DNA of 61,437 nt, filler included, from Basidioascus undulatus (Eukaryota), in the NCBI GenBank assembly GCA_000826855.1. It is 6 parts of 6 records of this genome, joined end to end, with 100 filler letters (N's around TTAATTAATTAA, not from the genome) between each part and the next. Parts side by side here need not be neighbours in the genome. Positions count along the whole stretch, not along the records: positions 20,534 to 30,696 come from JTLS01001176.1; positions 30,797 to 40,953 come from JTLS01001177.1; 4 more parts are not named here. The stretch is one strand, 5' to 3'. Positions 24,011 to 35,627 of this stretch are shown one piece after another; position 1 is the stretch's first letter; each line of letters opens with the position of its first letter. The notes under the pieces are model-generated. The model was not told where the DNA came from. It saw only the letters and a program-made list of their open reading frames with translations, and ran no database searches. The position numbers and the translations under genes were made by a program.

Positions 24011-25766
24011 ATGTCGCTCATACACGCTCTGGTACTTCGTGCTTCTCTTGTTGCTGGAGGTGAAGAAGAGAGAGCTGAAGGGAAGCGGGGACGACTTGCA
24101 CGTGATGCTCTCCTGTGGTGGTGAACAGGTCGCGAGGGGCCCAGTCATCCTTGCCGGTGCGTCTGCCTTCCCTCCCCCATTCTCTCTTCCAACAAAGCTG
24201 AGAAGGAACCATGGGACGCCAGAGCACGCCTCCGGGCAGCGTGACTTCTCCGCCGGTGCGTCTCGCTTGAAGCGAGCGAGCGGGAGGATTAGAGACTGAG
24301 GTGGGGTGCGTGGACGATGGGCAGCGGCGGAAAAGATCCTTTCGAGGATCCCTCCGAATAACTCGAAGTTGACTTGTGCGTCCTATTCTCCCTCCTCCTG
24401 ATATACCATGTGCGCTGCTCACCCTGGCGGCGGCGGCAACGACCAGACGTCTGGGAAGATGTACGCCCCACCCCCCCTCCTTTCCCTCCCTCTCCCCTTC
24501 CTTGTCTTCCCCCCCCTCTTCCTCTCCCGTTCGCTCTCCCCAGAAAAAGAAGGCTAACACAAACCCTGGGAGAAACCAGCTCCTGATCCACTACATATCC
24601 ACCTCCACCGCGACCTACCTCGTCGTTGCGGACGACTCGGTCGGCCGGCGCATGCCGTTCGCGTTCCTCGCGGACGTGCAGCGCCGGTTTGAGGACCGCT
24701 ACTCGCCCGAGCAGATTGGGGACGCTCTCGCGTATGGGATGCAGGGGGAGTTCGGGGGGGTGCTGGGGGAGGTGAGTGGGGTTCTTGCTCCGTTTGCATT
24801 ATCTTGGCCTTTCTGCGTTCTTTTGGGGTCGTTTGGGAGCACCCAGCTAGTCTCGGCATCGTTAGGCAATAGCGTGGTAAATATGCGGTTCGGGTCGGGT
24901 TGGGTTGCATGGGGAGACTGGGAAAGAGCAGGGAGGTGAGGCGGTGAGGAGAGGAGCGGAATAAAAATACAGGGCAGGGGAGAAGTGGAGCGGAGATGTG
25001 GAGATGGGCTGGGGAAGAAAGAGGACAGCGGAATGGGCAGCGGGATGGAAGGGAATGGACACTGACTGCGAGGAGCTTCGGGTGGACAGATGATGGACCA
25101 ATACACGCACGACACGTCCTCCGACCCGCTCAAGCAGGCGCGTGAAGACCTCGGCAACGTAAAGGACATCATGGTGAAGGTCCGTCCCAACCCCCACTCC
25201 TCCCTCTCATCTTCCCCTCTCCCTCCCTCCTTCCCTCCCTCCAACGCTCCTTCCTTCCTCCCGTTCTCTCCCGTTCTTCACTTTCCCTTTACTTTTGCGG
25301 GAAGAAAGGTACTAAGCGATGGGGAACGGTGGATCAGAACGTCGAGCAGATCCTCTCCCGCGGCGAGCGCATCGACCTCCTCGTCGACCGCACGAACGAC
25401 ATGTCCTCCCAGGCGTTTGCGTTCCGGAAACGGTCTACCGTGCTCCGAGTACGGCTCTCCCCTCCCAACCCACACCTCTTTCCCCTCCCGTCTCCTCTCC
25501 CCTCTCCTTCTGGTTCCTGTTTTCGGGAGTGGGTCCGAGGCTGACGCGGGGTGTGTGGTGCAGCGTCAAATGTGGTACAAGAACGTGCGCATCATGGTTT
25601 TGACGGGCTTCGTAATCCTGGTGCGCTTTCTTCGCTTCTACTTGGCTTTCAAGGGGGGAGGAAAAAGAAGCTGATGACTTGGGTGGAATGTGGGATGGAA
25701 CAGCTCCTCCTCTACATCTTCATTGCGAGCTTTTGTGGAGCGGGGCTCAACCAATGCCGGGGATGA
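24011..25766 (+). CDS. Longin-domain R-SNARE (VAMP7-like synaptobrevin)
   Basis: MSLIHAL|VARGPVILA|EH..ILSRIPPNNSKLTY, YLVVADDSVGRRMPFAFL, VKDIMVK|NVEQILSRGERIDLLVDRT, C-terminal TM followed by FCGAGLNQC. Confidence 0.9.
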
Positions 25767-26414
25767 GCATTGTCCTTCCCCCTTTTGGTCGGTTTATGTT
25801 TACGATATGGTTTTACGATTCTTTGTGATGCCTTCCTCTCCCTCTTGAAATCGCCATCGCTGCGTACCAGCGCGTAGTCCTTCCTTCCGTTCCTTTGGCA
25901 GCTTTCTTGAATTTCGTGTACCACCAAGAACTGGGCACTCCTCACTCCTGAGGCATCCAAGGAGGTTCACATGGCTCATGGGTCTTGCACTTTAAAACTA
26001 GCTACAGAATTTTACAGGAGAGGGGTCATTGTATTTTGGAGCGCTGTTCGCCAAGGTGCGGTTGCTGCGGCCTTACTCCGTACGACCGCCTGGGGGACAG
26101 GTTTCCGGAATAGAATCAACAAAGAACCATGGGAGGAAATAAAGTAACAGTTTCATTCAAGCACTTTCTGTGATACACGTGTGAGGTCGTCCAAGAAGGA
26201 GATGAGTGATCGTTCCGGCAGAGTTGGACTGAGTGGGAGGGCCGCAATGTGCGGGTTGACACGGCCAGACTCACGCCCACGATGTACTTTCTGCTGAAGT
26301 TTACGTATCCATTTGTACAAACTTCTTTATTGCATTTACATTGTATTATCAGCTCGACTGCACAGTAACAATCCCCGGCCTATGCGGAATTTACTTATGT
26401 TCTTTAAACTATCC

Positions 26415-26495
26415 GGCCTGATGGTCTAGTAGTATGATTTTCCCTTAGGGTGTTCCGATTGGGAGAGGTCCCGGGTTCAATTCCCGGTCAGGCCC
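26415..26495 (+). tRNA. tRNA-Pro(AGG) with 9-nt intron
   Basis: GGCCTGA/TCAGGCC acceptor stem, TTCCC TT-AGG-G[TGTTCCGAT]T GGGAG anticodon arm, CCGGG TTCAATT CCCGG T-arm, following T6 terminator. Confidence 0.9.
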
Positions 26496-26644
26496 ATTTT
26501 TCATCCTTTTTGCACCCTCTCTTCATTGCAAGCCAGCTAGCGAGGGAGCGTCTTCTCTTTTGCGGAAACAATCCGCGAGGTTAGGGTCGCCCACGAGCTG
26601 ACTCCATTGCAGCCCACTCTCCACACCATTCATCGACCATCATC

Positions 26645-27986
26645 ATGTCTTCTCCCAGTGTACTGATCACCGGCGCTTCGCGGTACTTGCACTCATTATT
26701 GCACCCAACTCAAATCGAATCGAAACTGACAGTTTCGTGTGTGCTCCTGCTCAGCGGCATCGGCCTCGCGACAGCGCGCATTCTCCTCGCTTCTTTCAAC
26801 GCGAAGATCGTCACTCTCTCGCGCTCGCGCACGCCCGAGCTCGAGGCACTTGCTAACGAGGTGCTTCTCACCCTTCGATCCCCTTTTACTTCGCCCGGCT
26901 TACTTGAGTCGTGTCGAAGTTCAAGGGTCGCGTTGAGATCGTCCAAGGCGATGCGACGGACGCGTGCGTCTTCTGTCTGATCTGATCCCCGCAATACATT
27001 CCAGCAGCGAAGCATTCTGACGACCCCAACTCAATCCCAGGACTGCTTCTAAGAAGGCAGTCCAGGCAGCCGTCGATAAGTTCGGTGGGCTGGCCGGCCT
27101 CATCCTGAACCACGGCACGCTCGAACCGCTCGGGAAGGTCTGGCGCTCCCCTCTTCCCGCATTCCACCTTCTTCCCAAGCTCACGCCTGCTTCCCACGAA
27201 CCAGCTCGCCGACGTCGACCCCTCCGCCGTCGCCGAGGCGCTCAACATCAACCTCGTCAGCCTGCTGCACGTCCTCCAGCCCGCGCTCCCTCACCTCCGC
27301 GCCGCGCACGGGCGCGTCGTGTTTGTCTCGTCCGGCGCCGCGACGGGCGGGTACGGCGCGTGGGGCGCGTACTCTGCCTCGAAGGCCGCGATGAACTCGT
27401 TCAACCGGTCCGTGATCGGGTGGCCGGGCGGAGATGAAGGTGATGCGCGGGCGGCTGCTGATTGAGGGAGCGGGAACGCAGGACGCTGGCGACGGAGGAG
27501 AAGGACATCGCGTCGTTTGCTGTGCGACCGGGGGTTGTCGACACTGATGTGAGTGTTTGCACGGAGGTGCAGCCCGATTGACGAACCTTGACATGTCTGT
27601 CCGTTTCACAGATGCAGAAGTTGATTCGCGAGAAGGGCGAGTCCATCTCTGAACATTGCATTTGTTCCTGTCGCTCAGTCATCTTGACCGCCCAATCCCC
27701 AATTTACAGGTGGCGAGACGATGTCGGAGAAGGAACACGCGAAGTTCACGGGCCTGCACGCGGAGGGGAAGCTCGTCAAGGTCCGTCTCTACCCTCTCTT
27801 CCCGCCCCCCACTTCTTCCTTTCCTGACCTCAAGGTCTCCTTCCTCAAACCTACGTGCTCCGCACCCTGTTGCAGCCCGAGCAGCCCGGCCACGTCCTCG
27901 CCGCGCTCGTCGTGAAGGGGGATCCGTCGCTCTCCGGCCAGTTCGTCAGCTGGGACGCGGCCGAGCTCGCGCCGTACCGGGCGTAA
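26645..27986 (+). CDS. Short-chain dehydrogenase/reductase, paralog 2
   Basis: VLITGASR|GIG, LILNHGTLEPL, VFVSSGAA, YSASK, VRPGVVDTD|MQ; TAA 27984-27986; colinear with 4281-5607. Confidence 0.9.
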
Positions 27987-28332
27987 ACGCGTACAAGCAG
28001 CCGAGACAGAACGACAGTAGATGATGAACAATGATGATGCGAACGGAAAGAGCCGATTAATGCATGTGCGACTTCGGGATCTGCGGTCCATACTAGCTGT
28101 ATGGATCCGAGGATGGCGGGTATATTAGGTGATTGGACAGTGTACGAAAGAAACTTGTTCGAGGATCGAGAAAGCGCAACAGCAAGAAAGGGATGATGCG
28201 TGCGTCGACGAAGGGGATCCAAGAAATGCAGATAGGGGGTTGTACTTCGAAGTTTTGCGAAGGTATATATAGAGGTGATGGGGGTGGGGGGCGGGGAGGG
28301 CGAGAAAACGCGCTGTGGCACCGTGAGCGCCT

Positions 28333-30632
28333 TCAGGAAGTGGCAGCGCCGGCCGCAGCCTCCGCGACGGGCGGCGCGTCCCCAAGCCAGCGGTGGATGG
28401 TCGGCATCCCGCCGCCCTTGTGCGGGAGGAGGACCTCGCCGTGCCGCCCCTCGGGGCGGTAGTGCAGCCCGTCCACGAAGCCGTGGCGCTCGAGGTAGGA
28501 CTTCACGCGCTGGAAAATTCGAATCGGGTGCGCACGTTAGCTTTCTGAAGGGAAGGAGTAGGGAGGGGGTGGGGTAGACCCACGGTGGCATCGTAGACCG
28601 AGTCTTTGCCGCCCATGAAGATGAGCGTGCGGGAGGGTTCGAACTCGGAGGGCCAGAGGAGGTCTGGCGGCGGTGGAAGGGCAGGTCCAGTTAGGCTTAT
28701 GGAAGTGGAGTGAGCTGGTGAGTGGGTGGGGGTAAAACGCACTGCACGACCAGGAGAACTGCCGCTGCAGCGTGTGCGCGAGCCCGAGCTCGGTGGCAAT
28801 GAAGTAGCTGGGCCGAGAGAGAAGTACTGTCAGTAGGAGAAGAAGTGGAATGTGGGACGTGAAGACAGAGACGCACTGCATCAGCAGCTCGATCCCCGTG
28901 CGCGGGATGCGGTACAGAAAGCGCCAGCAGAGGTCGCCCTCCCAGAGGCAGAAAATGACAGGGCTGCGCCAATAAAATACGAAGTTTAGTTTTCTTGCAA
29001 GAATGAAGGGAGGGAAAGGGGCAGAGACGCACTCCATGAACACCGACTTGTCCACCAAGTCCGGCGCGTCCTTGAGCAAATGCGCATGCGTGACCGTCCC
29101 GCTACCCACACCCCCCTCATCCCAGTCAGCATTGCCACCCCAGCAATCCTAGAGAAGTCTAGGACTGGGGGCGACCCACAAGCTGTGCGAAACGACGTCC
29201 GCGGGCCCGCCTCCGAGGCGCGCGAGGACGGCGCGAAGGCCGGCCGAGTTCTCCGCGCGCGAGAAGGGGCGGAGGTAGTGCGCGTTGAAGAAGGACATGG
29301 ACGTTGCGGGCGAGAGGGGCACGACGATGGGCCGACGCGGGAAGGCGCGCAGGAAGCCGGAGATGGTGCGGCCGTATTGGGGGAGGCCTGGCGGGTGCGA
29401 TCAGAAGCGTGAGATTCCCGGGAGTAAAGAAAAATGGTTGAGAAGGAGGGGGCACGTACCGATGCCGAGCCCGTGAAGAAACACGATTGGCTTCGTGCGC
29501 GCCTCATCCTTGGGATCGTACCCTTCCGGCAGTCTGACAAGGTACTCCCTCCCCTCCTCGCCCTTCCAAATGACCGCGCCCAGCTCCTTCCCCATCAGAC
29601 AGCGCTGCGCCGCCCACTGCGCAGCGGCGACGAGGAGGTAGAGCCCGAGCGGGCGCGAGCGCACGCGCACAGGGTCGAGCGTCAGGCGGATGATGTGCGG
29701 CGTGCGCGTGTTCGGCGTGCGCGTGTCCGAGAGGGTGGAGCCGGTCCGGCGCTCGATCAGGGCGAGGCAGGGAGAGAGGTATGGGAGAGAGGAGGGTACG
29801 TAGGGAGCGCCCATGAGCGACCAGGAGAGCCAGGTCAGGACGTCCGAGCGGGTGAGGCTCGTCCAGGGCGCGTGGTTGAACCTGGGCATTGGGGCGGGTG
29901 TCAAGGTCAGCACAGAGGGGAAACAAGAAGAAGGCCGGAAGGAGACTTACCAAGTCCTCAGCCGGTCCCGCATGTCCCTCGCGCGCGGGTCGTCCCATTC
30001 CAAGCGCTCGACCATGTCCCCCTCCTCGTCGCCCTCAAGCGCAGCGCTCAGCTCGCCCTCCACCCTACGCGCGTCCTCCTCGTCCTCCGCCACCGTGCGC
30101 CTGCGCCCACTCTGCGTGGGTGTTTGGGCGGGCGTGGAAATCCCACTGTCGACGCGCTTGATCGCCGCGGGCTCGTTGGGCGTCACGAGGCCGGTGTTGA
30201 GGATCCGGACGAGCGTGGACTTGGCGAGGGCAGGGGTGAAGTGCGGCGGGTGCGAGGAGGACGCTTGGACGCCCTGCGTGAGGTACAGGATGTACAGGGA
30301 GAAGAGGACCTGGGCAAAGCAGGACGTGAGTTGGATGGGGAGAATGAAGAAGGTATTGGCGAAGGGAGAAGACATGCACGCACCTCACTAGCAGCCCACA
30401 GCCCCGCGCCCAAGTCGAACCACCCGCCCTCCAGCCAGCCGGGCACGCGCCCCGCCCAGCCCGCCCACGCCCGCCAAGCAGCATACGACCACGCGAGGGG
30501 GACGACCGTCTCCAAAGGCAAAACGAGGACGAGGCGGACGAGGCACCAGGTGCGGGTGCGCGCGCGGAGGGGCGGCTTCGCATCGGTGTCGGCGGTGTCG
30601 GCGGTGTCGGCGACTGGGGGGACGGGGGCCAT
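28333..30632 (-). CDS. Fungal membrane-anchored alpha/beta-hydrolase of unknown substrate
   Basis: N-terminal hydrophobic segments, RLTLDPVRVRSRPL, PIVFLHGLGIG, spliced nucleophile elbow VVSHSF|GTV, FMGGKDSV, RHGEVLL; TGA at 28333-28335. Confidence 0.75.
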
Positions 30633-30696
30633 GCGGGTATCGATTAGGTGGGTATGAGGAGGAGGAGGAGGTGGAGGAGTGGGAGGCGTTGTAGGT

Positions 30697-30796
30697 NNNN
30701 NNNNNNNNNNNNNNNNNNNNNNNNNNNNNNNNNNNNNNNNTTAATTAATTAANNNNNNNNNNNNNNNNNNNNNNNNNNNNNNNNNNNNNNNNNNNN
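30697..30796. other. Artificial contig spacer
   Basis: N44-TTAATTAATTAA-N44. Confidence 0.97.
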
Positions 30797-31230
30797 CCGG
30801 CCCCTCCAACCCCGCCCAGCCCACATCCTACGACCTTTACTTCCAGACCGCCCGCTCGAGCACTCGCAAGGCCGCCGCTGCCGAGCCCAAGAAACCCGCC
30901 ACTGCGACGCGTCGGCGCTCTCCCCCGGCTGCTGCTTCGACCTCTCACAGCGTGGAGAAGGAAGACATCAAGCCTCGCCTCCGCCGCGGCTCTCGCGCTC
31001 CCAAGGACTCGGACGAGGTGAACGAGAAGCCCTGCCTGGCGACGAAGAGCCAGAAGCCTGCCGCTGCTGGTAGCGCTCCGGCGGCGATGGACGAGAACGC
31101 TGCGCCGGAGACGGAGGCGCGGGCGCCAGCCCCCAGGGCGACGAGGCGCAAGGTTGCAGCCGCTGCTACTGCTGCTGATGATGTGGAGGAGGCGAAGCCG
31201 CGCACGCTACGGACGAGGGGACGGAAGTGA
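30797..31230 (+). CDS. 3' end of an unidentified gene (low-complexity Ala/Arg/Lys tail ending RTLRTRGRK*)
   Basis: Coding-like codon bias, followed by T-rich 3'UTR-like sequence; 5' part beyond contig. Confidence 0.45.
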
Positions 31231-31747
31231 GGAGGCGGGCTCGATTGGGGGCTGCACGGTACTTTGGATGCTTCTTTGGATGCTTCTTTCTTTTTTGGGT
31301 GGTTGGCGAAGTTTACTTGATTTGTCTGTCTTCTGTCCCGCTCGATTTTTACATCTTGTTTTTGGTGGAGTATCCTGAAGTGTACAGAGTGCGTGTCTGC
31401 CTGCATGCCCGCCTGCTCGCCTGCCTGTCGGCCGTGAGCACTGCCTGTTTACGCCTCCAGCGTCCACTGGAGAACGTCCTCTTCAATGCACAAACCGTTT
31501 AAATACGGGAGCTCAACAGTGACTCTTGAATTGTGCGAAAAACTATCGCTGTCGTATCCGTCACTGACTAGCTTTGGTGAACGTTTCCCAAGTATCCGGA
31601 GTGGGCGTGCCGAAGTAGTGTCTCTTGAATCGCATCAAAGCAGTGTATTAAGGTACTTATCAACGTCACATCCATTTATCTCATTTGATCTCAATAAATC
31701 TAGTAGTGCAATCCCAGTGAAACCAGTGTGTGCTTTGCAAAGCGCTT

Positions 31748-34629
31748 TCAGACCTGCGAGTCTGCGCGCTCGACGTGTCGCACCTCGCCCTTCTCCTTCT
31801 CCTCGTCCGCGTCCTCGAGTCCGAGGATGCGGCGCGCTTCGGAAACGGAGATGTCCTTCGGAAGACGCTTCTCGGTCTTGACAGGGTTGCCACCGGCGGC
31901 TGAAGGGGATGGAGCAGGCTACGTTAGTCCTATCTTCTTTGCACTGCTCGAGACAGATGGAGAGCTCACCGAAAACGACATCCAGCTCCTCCAGGGAGCG
32001 ACCCTTGGCTTCCACAAGGAAGAACTGTACGCAGCAAAAGATGTAGATGATTACGTCAGGATTTGGTTTGCGGAGGGCTTTGTTCCGGATTGGGGCCGAG
32101 GAGTACACTCACATAGATGATCACAACAAAGCAGAAGTTGAAAACTGCGAAGATGATGTAGGTCTTCCAATCGAGATTGGCGAAAGCGGGAGGAACGATC
32201 ATGACGACTATCCCAGCAGAAGAAGGTCAGAACCTCGAGGTAGCGGGGCAGGCAGCCGAGGAAAAGGCTTACCGACTAAAAACGGTGACCGGGGAAAATG
32301 CCAGAGGAAATCAGCAACCATAGCCTGTTCCACTGACAGTCAACACTCACCAAAGCAGAACACTTTCAATTGATTCAGAGCACCTGTCAGTAAAGGCTGA
32401 GGGGCAATTGGTCAAGGGACACTCACGCCAGTTGCCAGCCGATGCGATGGCATTGGCTTGCGAACGAATGCGCAACGGGGCAATTTCGGCGGAGTAAAGG
32501 AAGGGTCCTCCAACCCAGGCAAGCCCGAAGCTATCCCGATTCGAAAGTCATCAGTAAAGTAAGTCAGGGAACCTCCAAGGACGAGAAACGCACAATGTGT
32601 TGAAGACTGTAGACGTTCTCGTCAGCCCTGATTCTCTGGCGACAGTGGGAACCTGTGTTGTGACTTACCGAAGAGGAATCCAGCAGCGACGAGTCTACGA
32701 TCTCAGGGTCAAGGTCAGCTCTCGGGATGCAGATCAACACGAAAGAAAGTCGTGCTGGTTTGTCCGCCCGGACACAACGTCTCCGTCCGCATTTTTAACG
32801 ACCCCAGAGAGCAAGCCGATGATGATGACGAAGGAAGCAGTCATGCCGGTCGCGGTCCAGCCGAAAGCCTTTCGACGGCCTGCAAGATACGACACGGATT
32901 GTCAGCTAAGACCTCAGGTGCTTCTCAGTCAAGTATACGGCTTACCGATTCCCTCGACGAGGAAGACCGAAATCAAGGAGCAAATTGCGTACTCCGTGCC
33001 GCCCGCAGCAGCAATGAGGTGGCTCATACCGCCCTCAAGGTTGAAGGAGTCACCGAGAATCTTGTTGGCGTAGGTCTGTGGATAGTTATAATTAGAATAA
33101 ACCAGAGGGGTTCCTCCGATAAGGCTGGCTTACAGATACTAAGTTAATACCTGTGTACCGTCAAGATGGATCAGCCATGGACGTAGGACGCAAGGTGGCG
33201 CGTTCATAGACACACCGCTGAGCTGCTGGGCCGACTGCATGAAGAAGCCGAGTAGGACACGGCGGAAGTTCTGGGTCTTGCCGCCCTGGATGAGCTCCCT
33301 GTACGAGAAGGGAGCCTCGGCCTTCTGCGCCTCGAACGAAGCAACGATCGAGTCACGCTCAGCGACGAGCACGGGGTCGTTCTTGTCCAGAGCACGAAGC
33401 TTGCAGAGGACCTCGGTGCCCTCCTCGTACATGCCGTGCTTGATGAGCCAGCGAGGCTAAAACAAGAAATGCATCAGACTTTATTCTCGCCATCAAATGA
33501 AATCTGGCTCACCGATTCAGGAAGGAAGTTGATGGCAATGATGACAATCACAGCAGGGATGAGCTGGATACCGACGGGGAGACGCCACTGCGCCTGGCTC
33601 TTGAGATAGTAGGTGCCGTACGTAACCCACTGGCCTGAAATTCGAGTTGTGTCAACATGGCAATAGCCAAGGTGATGCACTCAAATCTGGAGACTGACCG
33701 GAAGCGACACCTACGGCGGAAACGGTCTTTTTATCAGCCGCTTGCTCTAGGACCGAAGTAGAGCAAACACCATCACTCACCGCAAGTCTGCAAACCACCC
33801 TCGACCATGACCCAGCGGCCCCGACCCTTGCCGGTCGAGCATTCGGATTGCCACCTGAGTTCGAGGTTCGTGAGGCTTTGGAGAAAGACCAGACGATTGG
33901 AAGGCTGCTTACATTGGAATCGTAGCAACCTGCAGTCCAAGACCAATGCCAGAAAGGATACGGCCGGCCACGAGTTGCCCAACGCTCCATGCAGATGTTT
34001 GCAGCGCCCCGCCAACGATCTGCAATCCAACATCAGATGCGCCCAAAGCCAGACAAGCGCAGTATGCAGCCACGCACCATCCAGGCCATACCGAAGAGCA
34101 CAGTGTTTCGCCTTCCAAGGCGGTCGCCAAGATCGAGACACCAGAGAGCGCCGGCTGCAAGCGCGAGGGTGTGAGAAAGGAAGCCGACAAAACACACAAG
34201 CCAGAGAAGGAACCGTGCCGCAACTCACCCATGGCGCCCAGCTCCAGACTCGCAATAACGACACCCAAAATATTTTCATCGTCCATCTCAGGAAACACAG
34301 ATTTGAAGGGAGTCTCTGTGATGACTCCGCCCCTGTAAACGCAAGATGTCTCGCCTCCATCAGCTCCTCACAGAAGTCATGTTAGAGTACTTACATCACA
34401 CTCATATCGTAGCCGAAGAGCTGAAGGACTTGTGTCAGTAAACATCGGCAAGCGCGTTTGAAATGACTGACCCAGAAGGCGCATGTCGCGACAAAGCCCA
34501 CGGCGAACTGCAGTGGCAGGCCTGAAAGGCCCATCGTGGCAGTGTAGGGGCTAACCGTCGCACGTGTGTTGTAAGGAATGTTTCCAGAGGTAGTAGTGGT
34601 TTCTTTACGTACCTGAGGTGGAAGCCCAT
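31748..34629 (-). CDS. MFS sugar porter, STL1-like clade
   Basis: LFGYD, LGDRLGRR, GRILSGIGLG..IPM|WQSEC..RG, QWRLPVGIQ, FLPES|PRWL, GKTQNFRR..QQLSG, YSAEIAPLRIRSQAN, VEAKGRSLEELD; many short introns. Confidence 0.9.
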
Positions 34630-35627
34630 GATATGACGCCGCTGAGATGAGAAGTGATAAGGGTGGAGGAGGGGAACAAGCCTGAGTACAGCACTTTCAG
34701 TCTCTTTTAAGAACTTCAAGCCGGAGGAAAGAATCCGACATCATCCCATGCAGGCAATGTACGCCTGGCGGGTTTTCGGGCCGACCATATGATCACGTCT
34801 ACCCGTTGCTCCACTCCCGCGGGGCCGGAGTGCAAGCGGAATGGGACTTCGAGAGGGCACCGGAGTCGGGGAGGATATCGCGGCGCTAGCGGATTTGGTA
34901 GGCCGGCAACACGCGGCTGTGAGGCCTTCGCCCTTCGCAGTGTTGGCAGTCGGTGAACAAACTCGGTGGGGCGCCGCTTCTCTGGCAGGGCCCCGACCAT
35001 GGGGCACCACGGAAATAAGAAAGGAATAATAATCAGATCAGACACAGGCAGAATGTTAGCGGCAAAGGACATTCTCCACCTCACGTTTCACGAACATCTG
35101 ACCATGACGGAAGTCGAGCGGCCAACTCCCATCTGTAGCACCGAGTCTATCCAAATGGACAGCAGTACATGTATATGCCGGACAACTCCGCTGTGGTTTC
35201 GATAAGGACTGTAAGCGGCAAGAAATACCATGTAGCAACCCCTAATGCAACGACCTCACTACCCCGGCTTGGAACAAACGAACATGAGCAGGAAAAACTT
35301 GCAAGCTCATCCCTTCAGTACGCTGTGAGCATAGCGGCTTTCAGGGGTCCATGGGTCCAAGAGTTACTCCGCACCTTCTTCAGTCCCCGCAGCGGAGCCA
35401 CGCAGCTCCCCGGCCAACTCCCCGCCAGCAATCCGTCAGCTCGATCGCTTCGGAAGCCGGGATTGAGTGGGGACTCCGCACGTAGCGCCCGCGGGGGTTC
35501 AGTCCCCGGCACAAGTTCCGACGCTCAACTGACCGTTAAAGGGAGAGCGAAGCAGAGCCAAGTTGACCTTCGACCCTTCTCTCCCAATCAGTCCTCTACC
35601 TCGCAACCCATCCCTACACCCTACACC
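34630..35627. promoter_or_regulatory. Divergent promoter region rich in SYGGRG (CreA/Mig1-type) boxes
   Basis: About 19 SYGGRG matches on both strands by manual count, about 9 of them within 35360-35510. Confidence 0.45.

Noticed and set aside
11041..26495. CLP1 (tRNA-splicing-related kinase) near tRNA genes, including an intron-containing one
   Set aside because: Separated by an artificial gap; no physical linkage
786..30657. Long Arg/Gly/Ala-rich ORFs in the track (e.g. 786-1958 minus, 19186-20238 plus, 29434-30657 plus)
   Set aside because: They are antisense shadows of GC3-rich real exons and show no independent motifs
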